A DNA stretch of 64,000 bases from a virus. Both the position numbers and the translations under genes were made by a program. Shown here piece by piece: positions 26,721 through 36,855 of this stretch. Where the stretch lies: the IMG/VR virus record IMGVR_UViG_3300010160_000003, positions 36,391-100,390 of that record; one strand, 5' to 3'. How positions within the stretch are numbered: the first letter of the stretch is position 1; every line of letters begins with the position of its first letter. The notes below the pieces were generated by a model, which worked only from the letters and a program-made list of their open reading frames with translations, was not told the origin of the DNA and searched no databases.

Positions 26721-27927
26721 AGTCTTTATAACGATAATAACCCTTGTCAAAATCTACTTGAACTAAAAAATCGCCCATGTATCCATTACGATTCTTGCGG
26801 AATACACATTCAATAATATCACTATTAGTTGCACGACCAAGAGCCATGACCCAGTCAGCATCATAGGCAATTTGTCTTGACCAAGCGGTTTGTCCAAGTG
26901 TTGGAGGACTTGATAAATCTTTTACATCGTCAGGGGTAGCAGAAGATATGGCAATAATAGGCACTTCTTCACTAATTGACATTAGTTTAAGTTCTCTTGA
27001 AAGGTTTTTCATTCGTACCGTTTCAGAATCAGCCTTTTGGTTTGGAGACATAAGTTGTAGATAATCAACAACAACAAAGTCTGGACGGTACTGATCAATC
27101 TTTCCACGAATAACAGAAGGTGTTACTTCTCCACCACTATCGTTAGAGATAATATGAAACTCTGGACGACCCTCAACCTTGTTATGGTGCCACTTTTTTA
27201 ACATATCAATTTCTACTTCACCATTAGATAATTTTCTGTGTGACCAAAGACCCTCACCCATAATAGCAAGAACACGGTTACGAACTTCTGTTTCACTCAT
27301 TTCAAGTGAAATAATCATTGGAGACTTACCTTGCTTCCATGCTTGTACTGCAAAGTAAAGAGCAAGCCAAGACTTTCCAATTCCTGGATATGCAAGAAAC
27401 ACACCCAATTGACCTGGCATAATTCCAGAAGGTAGGTAATTATCAAACCCTGGAAGCCCAGTCTTAATACCAACATGACCAAGTTCTTTTTGCTTCTGAA
27501 CATTTTCAAAATATGCAACGGCAGAGTCTAGATCTGTTGCATCAATGTCACGGATAGCAGAGGTATTCTTTTTTAATTCAGATGTCTTTGTTATTAGGTG
27601 TTCAAGTGCTTCTCCACCGTTACCGCTTTGAACTTCGCCTGCAGCATTACGTAAAATATCTTTTAGGCTATCGTTAAGGTATTCTACCTGTAACTCTGCT
27701 AGATGATGCTTAGTTGCCCCAACTCCAGCAATCGGCTCAAAGTCTCTAAACTTCTCTCTTACTAAATCTGCTGGTGGAATGCATTGATTATTTTCTGAGT
27801 AAAGACGAATAAAATTCCAGACATCGTTGTGGGTCCTTAAAAGGTTTTCAACATTAGCCTGTAGCAAAACATGAATCTGTTTGTCTTGTAATAATGCAGA
27901 AATAACTTTTGCCTCTGTATTATTCAC
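26707..27927 (-). CDS. dnaB: DnaB-like replicative helicase
   Basis: AYPGIGKS, SLEM, VVVDYLQL, IAYDAD, KNRNG. Confidence 0.93.
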   Translation of the reverse strand: MNNTEAKVISALLQDKQIHVLLQANVENLLRTHNDVWNFIRLYSENNQCIPPADLVREKFRDFEPIAGVGATKHHLAELQVEYLNDSLKDILRNAAGEVQSGNGGEALEHLITKTSELKKNTSAIRDIDATDLDSAVAYFENVQKQKELGHVGIKTGLPGFDNYLPSGIMPGQLGVFLAYPGIGKSWLALYFAVQAWKQGKSPMIISLEMSETEVRNRVLAIMGEGLWSHRKLSNGEVEIDMLKKWHHNKVEGRPEFHIISNDSGGEVTPSVIRGKIDQYRPDFVVVDYLQLMSPNQKADSETVRMKNLSRELKLMSISEEVPIIAISSATPDDVKDLSSPPTLGQTAWSRQIAYDADWVMALGRATNSDIIECVFRKNRNGYMGDFLVQVDFDKGYYRYKDYEDK

Positions 27928-28228
27928 TTAACCACTCCTTTGCTAATTTTCTACGGACTATTCTATCTTTGATGTCTTGTTCTGTTTCTGCCTTACCGTT
28001 TAATATTTTTTCTGCATTATATGAAAAATAATTCCAAGAAGGCTCTTGTGCAATAGAAAAGTAATACTCTAATAATTCATAGCACTGTGCGACTCCATAT
28101 GACTCTACAAGGCCATCAGCAGCCCACTGCTCAACGTTTAGATTCATGTTAGACTTCTGACCATACCTCTGCAGGTAAAACTTGTTAAACCTGCTGAGCA
28201 AAGCCATTCGGTCTTTGCGATCAGCCAT
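27920..28228 (-). CDS. Hypothetical protein (replication operon, possible helicase loader)
   Basis: ORF track; overlaps the dnaB start. Confidence 0.6.
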   Translation of the reverse strand: MADRKDRMALLSRFNKFYLQRYGQKSNMNLNVEQWAADGLVESYGVAQCYELLEYYFSIAQEPSWNYFSYNAEKILNGKAETEQDIKDRIVRRKLAKEWLSE

Positions 28229-28230
28229 TA

Positions 28231-28437
28231 CTATTCGTTAATTTCAGACTTTGCTTCTTGAATCTTATCTGTTAGTTTATCTTCAACAAACTTATAAATA
28301 CGCTCAAAGGCTTCATCAACATTCTCACCATCACGCTTTGAGTCAACAATTCCAAGGTCAAGTCTTAAGGATTGAAAGTTGCCAAGATTTAAAGTATAGC
28401 CTAGTGTTACATTGATTTTTGTATTTTCGTTTTCCAT
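28231..28437 (-). CDS. Conserved phage hypothetical protein
   Basis: VTLGYTLNLGNFQSLRLD; start trimmed to MENEN after a GGTGGGG RBS and TGCTACAAT promoter. Confidence 0.7.
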   Translation of the reverse strand: MENENTKINVTLGYTLNLGNFQSLRLDLGIVDSKRDGENVDEAFERIYKFVEDKLTDKIQEAKSEINE

Positions 28438-28488
28438 TTTACCCCACCTAATTTGTTTGTTTTTACAATTGTAGCACACTCTAGCCGA

Positions 28489-29031
28489 TTAGATATTTTC
28501 TGACCAAACTGGAATATACCTTCCATCTTCTGTCTTTGTATATGTAAGTATACCTTCTCCCATTCGCCTTGTCAACTCTTGACTTGTAGGTGTCATATTA
28601 TTTGTTATTAATTTATCTTTTCTTGGTTGTCCAATATGTATTGTTGCCAGGATAGAGCAAATTTCTCTAACGTCGTCTTCTGAATAATAAGATCTAATTT
28701 GCCACCCAGTTTTACCATCAATGCTTGATCCAACAGGTGCAGGTATGACTCCTCGTTTTATTAATCTTGGCATATACTTTCTGTGCCGATTAACTAATTT
28801 AGCAGTCTCTGCAACAGTGTAAGCCTTTTTCCTATTTCTTCTAAAATCAGAACGCAAGCATGTTTCTAGTCTATCTTTATTAATATTATAAACAGTTACC
28901 ATTCCTGTTGATCTAGAACTATGATGAAGTCTTACTAGGTCTCCATTAAGAAACCATATTTTTTTACCGCCAGGTATTATAGGTTCGTTATTATATGCTT
29001 CGCTCTGAATTTTTCCTTTTGCAGTAACCAT
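28489..29031 (-). CDS. MerR-like HTH DNA-binding protein
   Basis: YTVAETAKLVNRH...LIKRGVIP...RSYYSEDDV. Confidence 0.7.
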   Translation of the reverse strand: MVTAKGKIQSEAYNNEPIIPGGKKIWFLNGDLVRLHHSSRSTGMVTVYNINKDRLETCLRSDFRRNRKKAYTVAETAKLVNRHRKYMPRLIKRGVIPAPVGSSIDGKTGWQIRSYYSEDDVREICSILATIHIGQPRKDKLITNNMTPTSQELTRRMGEGILTYTKTEDGRYIPVWSENI

Positions 29032-29165
29032 TTTCCCTCCGCAGATTCGTTAGGTGGATGATAAAATTTTCTATTTCCACATCTAACACAATATGTTTCT
29101 AGATGGTCTATGTTTGAATGTATTCTATCAACAAACATTTTTCCTTGACATCTTTCACAATACAT
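28977..29165 (-). CDS. Small zinc-ribbon protein
   Basis: CERCQGKMFVD...YCVRCG. Confidence 0.7.
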   Translation of the reverse strand: MYCERCQGKMFVDRIHSNIDHLETYCVRCGNRKFYHPPNESAEGKWLLQKEKFRAKHIITNL

Positions 29166-29166
29166 G

Positions 29167-29607
29167 CTAATTTGGAACACCAATAGCAATAAGATTTATG
29201 CCAATGGTTGCAGTTCCAGAAACCCCATATCTTACTGTAAACCCAGCCTCTGTAGTTGTAACAGATGTTAAAACTACTGTAGTATTAGATCCAGCCGTAG
29301 TTCCGCTGGTATTTACAATTGACAGAGTTACAATTGGTGGAAACTTAAAGTTAGAATACGGAATAGAAAAAGACTTTTCCTGTCCAGCAGTTACGGTTTC
29401 ATTATTTGCAATTGACTTAAACTTGCCAACAAATTTTGTATCAGAAGTCTTTAAACTCTTTTTTTCTGCTCCAACTACATCAATATCTGTATAGTTATAG
29501 GTTGCATCTGAAACCTGTGTTGATAAAACATTTAAAGCATCTACTATTTGATAGATGTATGTTACATCAAGCGGTTGCCCTCTTTCGGGTAGTGGTAATC
29601 TTGCCAT
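29167..29607 (-). CDS. Minor tail/virion protein
   Basis: PLPERGQPLD N-terminus; FKFPPIVTLS...IAIG C-terminal beta-domain; end of tail module. Confidence 0.6.
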   Translation of the reverse strand: MARLPLPERGQPLDVTYIYQIVDALNVLSTQVSDATYNYTDIDVVGAEKKSLKTSDTKFVGKFKSIANNETVTAGQEKSFSIPYSNFKFPPIVTLSIVNTSGTTAGSNTTVVLTSVTTTEAGFTVRYGVSGTATIGINLIAIGVPN

Positions 29608-29625
29608 ATTATTCCTCCTATTTAA

Positions 29626-30051
29626 TTATACCAAAGACACTATGCCAGAGTCAAAGATATTTAATGCGGTCTTAATTTCTTTTTTTGATGAAACAATTTG
29701 AACCTTTACTCTGACTGTTGTAGTCCCAGTATTTAAAAATGCATATGAATGTACTTTTGATGTACCATGATAAAGAAACTCTCCTGAATCAAATTTAACA
29801 AAAATATCATACTCTGGGCGAAGGTTTTCATCTCCCCAGACAGCAGTAATAATATTTGCTGTAACGGATAATGCTCCACTTACACCCGTTATTGTTTCTC
29901 CAGAAATACTATATACTGGAGACCAGTGAGATGTTCTATTCCTATCTTCAGAAATAATTCTATATCTTAAATTATATTTTAAAGTATCATTATCAATTGG
30001 TGGAAGTGATGATTTTAAGATACGTAATTTTTTTATGTTTGCATCAACCAT
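29626..30051 (-). CDS. Minor tail protein (hypothetical)
   Basis: Position in tail operon; RYRIISEDRNRTSHWSP. Confidence 0.55.
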   Translation of the reverse strand: MVDANIKKLRILKSSLPPIDNDTLKYNLRYRIISEDRNRTSHWSPVYSISGETITGVSGALSVTANIITAVWGDENLRPEYDIFVKFDSGEFLYHGTSKVHSYAFLNTGTTTVRVKVQIVSSKKEIKTALNIFDSGIVSLV

Positions 30052-31211
30052 TATGTTACACCAATAGAAAATCTAAACTCAATATAGTTGTTTGTATTAG
30101 GAGACTTAACAATGGTTGTAGCATTGTCATTTTTAATAATAGAATATCCAGTTAAACCATATATTGGATTAACTGTTGCTATATTTTCAAGCCTTAGTGC
30201 ATCTAATGCAATGTAATAATCTGAGGTTGGATAAAGTCCTCCGCTTAAACTATCAAAAATAGAAACATAAATCTTTACTACACTCACTGCATTCCATGTA
30301 AAATCTTGGCTTTTATATAATTCTTGTAGTTGTTTTGAAACAACAAAATATCTATTTGTTGCAAAGTCATATCCATCAACACCATCTTCAATATTAACTT
30401 CAAACCTAGCATATGTTGTTGGAATGTCATTCTCGGTTGCTGCAAAATCAATAAGTATTCTTACCGTATCGGGATTTGATGCCGAACCTCCGTCTCTATT
30501 TACCAGAGAAAATGCAAACCTTAATTCGTCTATTGGAGAGTTTTCTGAAAAGTTAACATTTGGTGAAGCAAGATGTATGTGATTTCCAGAATCAACAACT
30601 AAATTATCAACCCCTCCAGATCCTCCGCCATCTAAACTTAAGTCTGAGTCATTTCCTCTCATTAAAATTGTATTATTTAAAAACCTTGCTCTTTCATATC
30701 TATCAATACGATCTTGGTTATAAAAAATAGCATTGTCGGCATTGGTTTGAAATACACCAGTTTCCGTTCCAACTGCTGCAATAACATCATCCTCTTCTGG
30801 GTCATCTAGTGGTATAGAAACTACAGGGATTGCTGTTGATGCAGAGGCTGTATGGTGTTCCCAGTTTTCCCCTTGAGTAAAAGCAAAAACAGTCTTACTG
30901 TCTTGTGCACCAGCAGAGGGGTTAGAACCTGCAGAGTATAAACCTACCTCTGTAATTTCATATCTTTCTTCTGTTGGTAGTTCTGCTGTAAATACAATTT
31001 TATCTATACCGTTTTCATTTATAAAACCTCTAGAAGATATAGGAACTCTAAACATTTCAAAGTCAAGGTTTTCTTTTTCTGCAAAGTTATCTGCAACATC
31101 TTCAGTTTGAAGCGGTATTGGGCCGCATCCAACAGCCAAATATGAGGCATATGCTGGTACCTGACCAAGCATATATTTTCCAATAATACTCTTGCCCTTA
31201 TTAGTTATCAT
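30051..31211 (-). CDS. Minor tail/baseplate protein
   Basis: MITNKG...LAVGCG...EITEVGLY motif typical of tail-fibre attachment/baseplate proteins. Confidence 0.65.
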   Translation of the reverse strand: MITNKGKSIIGKYMLGQVPAYASYLAVGCGPIPLQTEDVADNFAEKENLDFEMFRVPISSRGFINENGIDKIVFTAELPTEERYEITEVGLYSAGSNPSAGAQDSKTVFAFTQGENWEHHTASASTAIPVVSIPLDDPEEDDVIAAVGTETGVFQTNADNAIFYNQDRIDRYERARFLNNTILMRGNDSDLSLDGGGSGGVDNLVVDSGNHIHLASPNVNFSENSPIDELRFAFSLVNRDGGSASNPDTVRILIDFAATENDIPTTYARFEVNIEDGVDGYDFATNRYFVVSKQLQELYKSQDFTWNAVSVVKIYVSIFDSLSGGLYPTSDYYIALDALRLENIATVNPIYGLTGYSIIKNDNATTIVKSPNTNNYIEFRFSIGVT

Positions 31212-31708
31212 GACGTAGTTGCTCCAAATTCCGCTTCATATATTGTACCATTTAAAGATATTTCAACCTCAAGTAGTTCATCTTTGTTTATATTAATACT
31301 TTCAATAATTAAGTCTCCAGTTGTTTCATCAAAATATATGTTTGAACCATTGAGACCATTGCCTTCTTCTGGTACTTTTTCTTCAAACTTTATAGCAAAA
31401 TTAGCAAAATACTTGTCAGAGGTTGCCTGCAATCCAAGAATATTATTTGGGTTATATCTTTGTTGAATAAGACCAAGGTTTTTAATTGGGGTATAAGATA
31501 TTTGTTGTCCATTAATAATGTCATTTCTAGTAATATTTATTAATTCATGCCCTCCAATATCTTCAAAAATTAAATCAGCCATTATTTCAACAGACATAGA
31601 ATCATTATTAAATAAAACTGTATCTATTGGTGCTGTTTTTACTGGATTTACAGGTGCTTGATTTGAAGCAGATGCGTTAGATGGTGTATCTGGAGTTGCT
31701 GATACCAT
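31208..31708 (-). CDS. Minor tail protein (hypothetical)
   Basis: Position in tail operon. Confidence 0.55.
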   Translation of the reverse strand: MVSATPDTPSNASASNQAPVNPVKTAPIDTVLFNNDSMSVEIMADLIFEDIGGHELINITRNDIINGQQISYTPIKNLGLIQQRYNPNNILGLQATSDKYFANFAIKFEEKVPEEGNGLNGSNIYFDETTGDLIIESININKDELLEVEISLNGTIYEAEFGATTS

Positions 31709-31710
31709 TG

Positions 31711-34700
31711 TTATACCTCACTTAAATAAACTGTCATGCTTGGTCCAGAAATAGACCTAGCGTATTCTATATTATAAATAACAAACCTTGAAAGATCGGA
31801 TGTAATTAAATCAAGTCCTGTTGAATCTTTATAATCTACTGTTACAATATCTCCAAGTTGAAGAGTTGGTATGCTAAATAAATTAATACCAATAGATTTT
31901 TTAGGAATCATAACTTTATTTATAATCCAGTTCATCATTGCTTCTGCATCATCTTGTGTTTGTATGTATGTACTGTCAATACTAAATTCATTTTTACCAT
32001 ATGTTAATCTACTTAGTTTAATTTCATCATATCTTGATTTTTCAACTAAAGGAGAATATGTAAGAACGCTGCCTACTAACTCTGGGTCTGATAAATTACC
32101 ACGTTTTTTAAAGAACTCATCTACTGTTAATTCATGAGTTGTGTTTTGTGTAAAAGTAATTCCCTGGATTCTTAAAAAATTTCCAGTTGTTTCATCTAAG
32201 TTTAATGCTTTGTCTGTTGAATTAAAGATTAAAAATTCAGCACCGTAAGAATTTGCATAAAAACCTGATGTTGTATATCCTTTTATATTATTAAATGTTG
32301 GTGAAAGTTGTGCATAAAGTGCTGGATAGGCACGATCATATTTAATGTCAAAATAAGCACATTCACGCATGATTGAGCCAAATTCTTCAAAATACATATT
32401 ATAGTTTGGTGGCTGTTGAGAACTTATGCCAGACAAATAAGTTGATTGAACAACTCCACTCATAGCATATTTCCTAAACGATTCACTCACATCAATTTTA
32501 GAATTACCAAATGCATTAAATAAAGTTTCTCCTATAGTAAAAGATGTATCTTTACTATAATTTTTTGATAAAGCATAGATGTTTTCAAACATGCACTTAG
32601 ATGACCCACGAACAAATAAAGCCATGTTGTTGTATACGGGAAGCGGATCTGGATCATCTACAATCTTAATAAGTTGATTGTTTATATATAAATAAAATCT
32701 TCTTGTTTTTCCAATATCTTCATATTCTACTGATAAATCATAAACAGTTGAATTTTCTTCACCAGCCATTCTTTGTTGTCCAGAAAACTTACCATCATCT
32801 ACAAGTATTTTTGATAAACCACCCCAGAGTTTAACTGGTATTGCATCTGTGTTGCTAGAGTCTTTTTTAACTTTATAGAAAATAACATTATTAATTGAAA
32901 ACTCTGCTTCATTATTGTCATTTAACTTTAAATAAGAAGTAATATTATCTTCGCTTAGTGCAACTATTTCAAAATAATATCCGTTATTTGTTACTGGGTT
33001 TAACAAAATTGCAAGACCTCCAGAGCCTCCGCTAATATTTATGTTTTCGTCTGGCTTACTTCCACTAACCTGATAATAAGGAACGCTACCATTTGCGGTT
33101 TGACTTCTTGCAATAGTGTTTTCAATTTTTCCTATAATCCTCATTCTTGTGCCAAAATGCCTGTATGCGTTGTTTAAACTTTTATAAACATATGAAACAA
33201 AGTTAAGTGGTGTTTCAGGAGTTTTAAATCCTGGTCCATTAAAGACTAATGCAGAAGATTGAATTGTTCCAGTTTGAGTTGATGGTAAACTGTTAATTTC
33301 AGTATCTGTTAAGTTGCTTGTTGTCATAAAGTTTTTAATTATACTATTTCTTGTTGACTGCTTAGCAATTACATTACTCACTCCAGCAGCCCCTACTGTT
33401 GTTGCTGGCAAGGTTAAGGTTACATCTTCATCTAACTGGGTTGTAAAAAGGTCTTGAGTTTTCATGTCAATGCCACGTACATTATCGTTATTTGTCCAAT
33501 AAGTATTAATTCCAGCATAGTGAGCAGTTATTGTTGTTCCAAATTGACCTCGTCCATGATTCATAACTGCTCCATTTTGGAGTCTAGTTATACCATTAAC
33601 TGTTTCATAGTATGGAGTTGAGTATATTCTTACCAGTCCCGTTGGATATATTTTTCCATTAAATGGGAGAGATGCAAAATATTTTTGATATTCTTGGTTG
33701 CTGCTAATCCACACATTGCTTGAGCCTTGAACATGAGTTGTTTTCCATGCACCAATTATTTTATCCGCTTGGGTTTGAACAATTGCTCTAGACTTTACCT
33801 GTGTATTTAGGTCTGCTATAACTGTTGCTGGTGCAAGTTTTCCTGGCTCAACAAAATATTGCTTTTTATAATTTGGAGTACCGTCAGAGTTTTTGTCATA
33901 CCATAATGCAATAGTAAGACTAAACTCTGCTGCATCGTATCTAATAATTTCACCATTAGAATACAAGTATCCATTATATCTTGTTAACCAATAAATGTTT
34001 TCTCCAAGATCCATTATGTTATTTATTAAAACATTCTTTGAAACTGTTGGTGGTTCAGCAACAATATTTGAGTTTAAGGGCATAGCACCAAGCACATAAC
34101 TTCCTTGTTTTGATGCTAGTTCATTTATTGTTTTTGTTGAATCTGTTCCTGCAACTTCCCATAAAAGTGATGGTTTATATATCCATGTTTTTTCTTTATC
34201 AATCATACTTGATTGTTTTATTGATCCATAAGATCTTTGAATATATCTTGTTGTGTAGTTAATCTTTCCATCATTATAAACTTTTTTATCTTGTGATGCA
34301 ATAGATAAAATATTTGGAAGATTTCCAGATGTTGAATTTTCTATGACTCCAGAATCTGTTTGATTATTTGATCCCGAAACAACAAAGTCTGTTGCTCTTT
34401 GTGTTAAAGTAGGCATTAGATAGTCTTTGCTCATTACTACAAAGTTATTATACTCATCAAAAAACATTGCAGTTTGTGTTGATACTGCTAGTTGATTTAA
34501 AACTTCTGCAACATTTTGATCTGGTGCAATAAAGAAATATGGAATTATTGGATCATTTTCTCCATCAACTCTTTTAAATGTATAGTTACTAAATCCAATA
34601 TAGTCAAGTAAAAGAGAAATCGCATAACTTAAAGATGTTTGAGTTGTTAAAAGTCTTGGGGCAGGCATTGACTCTAGGAAAAAATAAAAATCTCTTAACT

Positions 34701-36219
34701 CTAAAGAAATGGTTCCTGCAGTAACATCTGCCTGTGGGAATCCTTCTGAGTATAATGTTTTAATAGGAACTGAATATTCATCTCCATCAACATTAAAAAT
34801 TGATTCATAAAAAAGAAATTTAATATTTTTTCTAATATAATCAGAAACAATACTTAAAGTGTTGTTTTCATTAAAAGCCTGATCATCATCGAATAAAGAT
34901 AGTGATCCAGTTGATGCAAGCAGTTGTCCTACTGGCAAAGAAGTTGTACCAATATCCGATAAAATCTTTTTTATATTAAAATTAATAACCTTGTTTGAAA
35001 TATCTACAACAAGTCTAGGTGACATTTCAATTAAATCAAAAGTAGAATCAAACTTATTCATTGTTTCTACAACAATTCTAATACCACGAACATAAGAAAA
35101 CTCTCTGTATGTAGTTAAATTATTTGCATCATTTGTAAAAAAGTCTGGACTTGTAAGATCTGTAACAAGACTTGTTGAACTATTCAATATTCCAGATCCA
35201 AGTATCCAACCATATTCTGGAGTAAATGTATCATATTCGCTATTTGCTGTATTCCAAATATAAAATAAGCCTCGCTCATTTTCATTTTCAATAACAAGGT
35301 AAGCATAGCCATCAAGTGATTCATCTGGAAGGAGTGTACTAGATGTTATTTTTTCTGCAAACTCAAACTTTGCTTTGTACTCTTCTGGAATTTGTAAGCC
35401 ATACTCTAATTCAACATATCCATCCTCTGGAATAATGGCTGTGCCATCATCTCTAATAGAGTTTTCATTAAATGAATAAGCATCAGTCCAATTATTTTCA
35501 TTTAAATATTGTATCTTCCATCTAACGGGAGTTGTTTTATTTGTTGTCCCGTAAAGTGGATCTGCCAATGTTCCAGACTGAGTTGTAAAATTTCCAAGAT
35601 CTACAGTTCCAACATTTGTTTGCATTTTTACAATAAGTCTATTTGCTGGAACAGTTTTTTTATAAACCACAAAAGGGGCTGTATCATCAATATAATTAAG
35701 AGAGTTTGATATATTTTTTGCAACTCCTCTTTCAATATTATCTTCAGTTCTAAAAGATGACCAATATTTAAACTCGTCATATCGTGATGGCATATAATAT
35801 CTTGGTCTAAGAGTCATTGATGCACCAGAGTTTGATATATATTTTCTATTAAAATATGATGCTTTGTTAATTCCAGATCTTGGTCTAAATGGTTTTACGC
35901 AATCCTCTAAAGAATAAAGCATCTTAACTTTTTCTTTAATTGAGGTAAAAAGTTGTGGTACTTCTAAATTTGTATATCCACCATCAATAACAACATCTGC
36001 ATCTGTTGCACCAGTATAATAATTCCCAGCATCTAAATTATCAAAAGTCAAAGGAAGTGTGCGAAACTGAACATTTGATCCTAGTGGTCTATATCTATAG
36101 TTACCTAGTTTATAAATGTTATCTGGCATATTCATATTCCATTCAGCCAAGACTAATGACTGAAGGCTTATGGTTGACGATGTTTCTAGGTGTGTCTTTA
36201 ATACATCACTTACAAACAT
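31711..36219 (-). CDS. Large minor tail (tail tip/hub) protein
   Basis: 1502 aa, second gene after the tape measure; C-terminal PTLQLGDIVTV hub-like motif. Confidence 0.75.
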   Translation of the reverse strand: MFVSDVLKTHLETSSTISLQSLVLAEWNMNMPDNIYKLGNYRYRPLGSNVQFRTLPLTFDNLDAGNYYTGATDADVVIDGGYTNLEVPQLFTSIKEKVKMLYSLEDCVKPFRPRSGINKASYFNRKYISNSGASMTLRPRYYMPSRYDEFKYWSSFRTEDNIERGVAKNISNSLNYIDDTAPFVVYKKTVPANRLIVKMQTNVGTVDLGNFTTQSGTLADPLYGTTNKTTPVRWKIQYLNENNWTDAYSFNENSIRDDGTAIIPEDGYVELEYGLQIPEEYKAKFEFAEKITSSTLLPDESLDGYAYLVIENENERGLFYIWNTANSEYDTFTPEYGWILGSGILNSSTSLVTDLTSPDFFTNDANNLTTYREFSYVRGIRIVVETMNKFDSTFDLIEMSPRLVVDISNKVINFNIKKILSDIGTTSLPVGQLLASTGSLSLFDDDQAFNENNTLSIVSDYIRKNIKFLFYESIFNVDGDEYSVPIKTLYSEGFPQADVTAGTISLELRDFYFFLESMPAPRLLTTQTSLSYAISLLLDYIGFSNYTFKRVDGENDPIIPYFFIAPDQNVAEVLNQLAVSTQTAMFFDEYNNFVVMSKDYLMPTLTQRATDFVVSGSNNQTDSGVIENSTSGNLPNILSIASQDKKVYNDGKINYTTRYIQRSYGSIKQSSMIDKEKTWIYKPSLLWEVAGTDSTKTINELASKQGSYVLGAMPLNSNIVAEPPTVSKNVLINNIMDLGENIYWLTRYNGYLYSNGEIIRYDAAEFSLTIALWYDKNSDGTPNYKKQYFVEPGKLAPATVIADLNTQVKSRAIVQTQADKIIGAWKTTHVQGSSNVWISSNQEYQKYFASLPFNGKIYPTGLVRIYSTPYYETVNGITRLQNGAVMNHGRGQFGTTITAHYAGINTYWTNNDNVRGIDMKTQDLFTTQLDEDVTLTLPATTVGAAGVSNVIAKQSTRNSIIKNFMTTSNLTDTEINSLPSTQTGTIQSSALVFNGPGFKTPETPLNFVSYVYKSLNNAYRHFGTRMRIIGKIENTIARSQTANGSVPYYQVSGSKPDENINISGGSGGLAILLNPVTNNGYYFEIVALSEDNITSYLKLNDNNEAEFSINNVIFYKVKKDSSNTDAIPVKLWGGLSKILVDDGKFSGQQRMAGEENSTVYDLSVEYEDIGKTRRFYLYINNQLIKIVDDPDPLPVYNNMALFVRGSSKCMFENIYALSKNYSKDTSFTIGETLFNAFGNSKIDVSESFRKYAMSGVVQSTYLSGISSQQPPNYNMYFEEFGSIMRECAYFDIKYDRAYPALYAQLSPTFNNIKGYTTSGFYANSYGAEFLIFNSTDKALNLDETTGNFLRIQGITFTQNTTHELTVDEFFKKRGNLSDPELVGSVLTYSPLVEKSRYDEIKLSRLTYGKNEFSIDSTYIQTQDDAEAMMNWIINKVMIPKKSIGINLFSIPTLQLGDIVTVDYKDSTGLDLITSDLSRFVIYNIEYARSISGPSMTVYLSEV

Positions 36220-36855
36220 TTATACCTCTTCCAGTGTTACCGAAATATTCCAAAGATCGTGGTTTGCTCCACCACGTTTTACAACAGAATAATTAAAATC
36301 TGCAATATAAACCTGCATGATTTGATTGTATTGTGCAAGATGTCCATAGTCTGCATCAGCCTTGCCAAAATTTGAATACTTGTCGTATGCCATAAACATC
36401 CAAAAAGGGCCTGTATGGTTTTCATACCAGTCAAGTATTTCTACTCCGCCTGCTCCACCATCTACTGTAAACTCTCCAGTTGTATTTTTTTCAGGGGACA
36501 AACCAGTAGATAAAAACCCTGCATCTTGATAGTATCCTCTTGATGGCAAGTTATTCCATGAAACAGACATTGTTAGTTTATCTGCTATGTGATATGAACG
36601 CATACGTCCATTAATGGTTCTTTGTCTTTGTTCTATTCTTGTGGGTGTAAAACTTAGTTCCCCCCGATTATGGTCTGACAGAATCAAAAATTGATTAATT
36701 AAATCTGTATCTGTTGATGCATCAAAGTTGCCTTGTACTTCATAGCCAGTGGGCAGATATACCCCATTAGAGAGCGTACCAGGGTTCTCAGACCACAACA
36801 AAGCCTGGGGGCGTTCATACCTACGTCTACCTGTTAAATACGCTGCTGTGGCCAT
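36220..36855 (-). CDS. Distal tail-like minor tail protein
   Basis: Directly after TMP; RTINGRMRSY...SWNNLP...WNISVTLEEV. Confidence 0.7.
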   Translation of the reverse strand: MATAAYLTGRRRYERPQALLWSENPGTLSNGVYLPTGYEVQGNFDASTDTDLINQFLILSDHNRGELSFTPTRIEQRQRTINGRMRSYHIADKLTMSVSWNNLPSRGYYQDAGFLSTGLSPEKNTTGEFTVDGGAGGVEILDWYENHTGPFWMFMAYDKYSNFGKADADYGHLAQYNQIMQVYIADFNYSVVKRGGANHDLWNISVTLEEV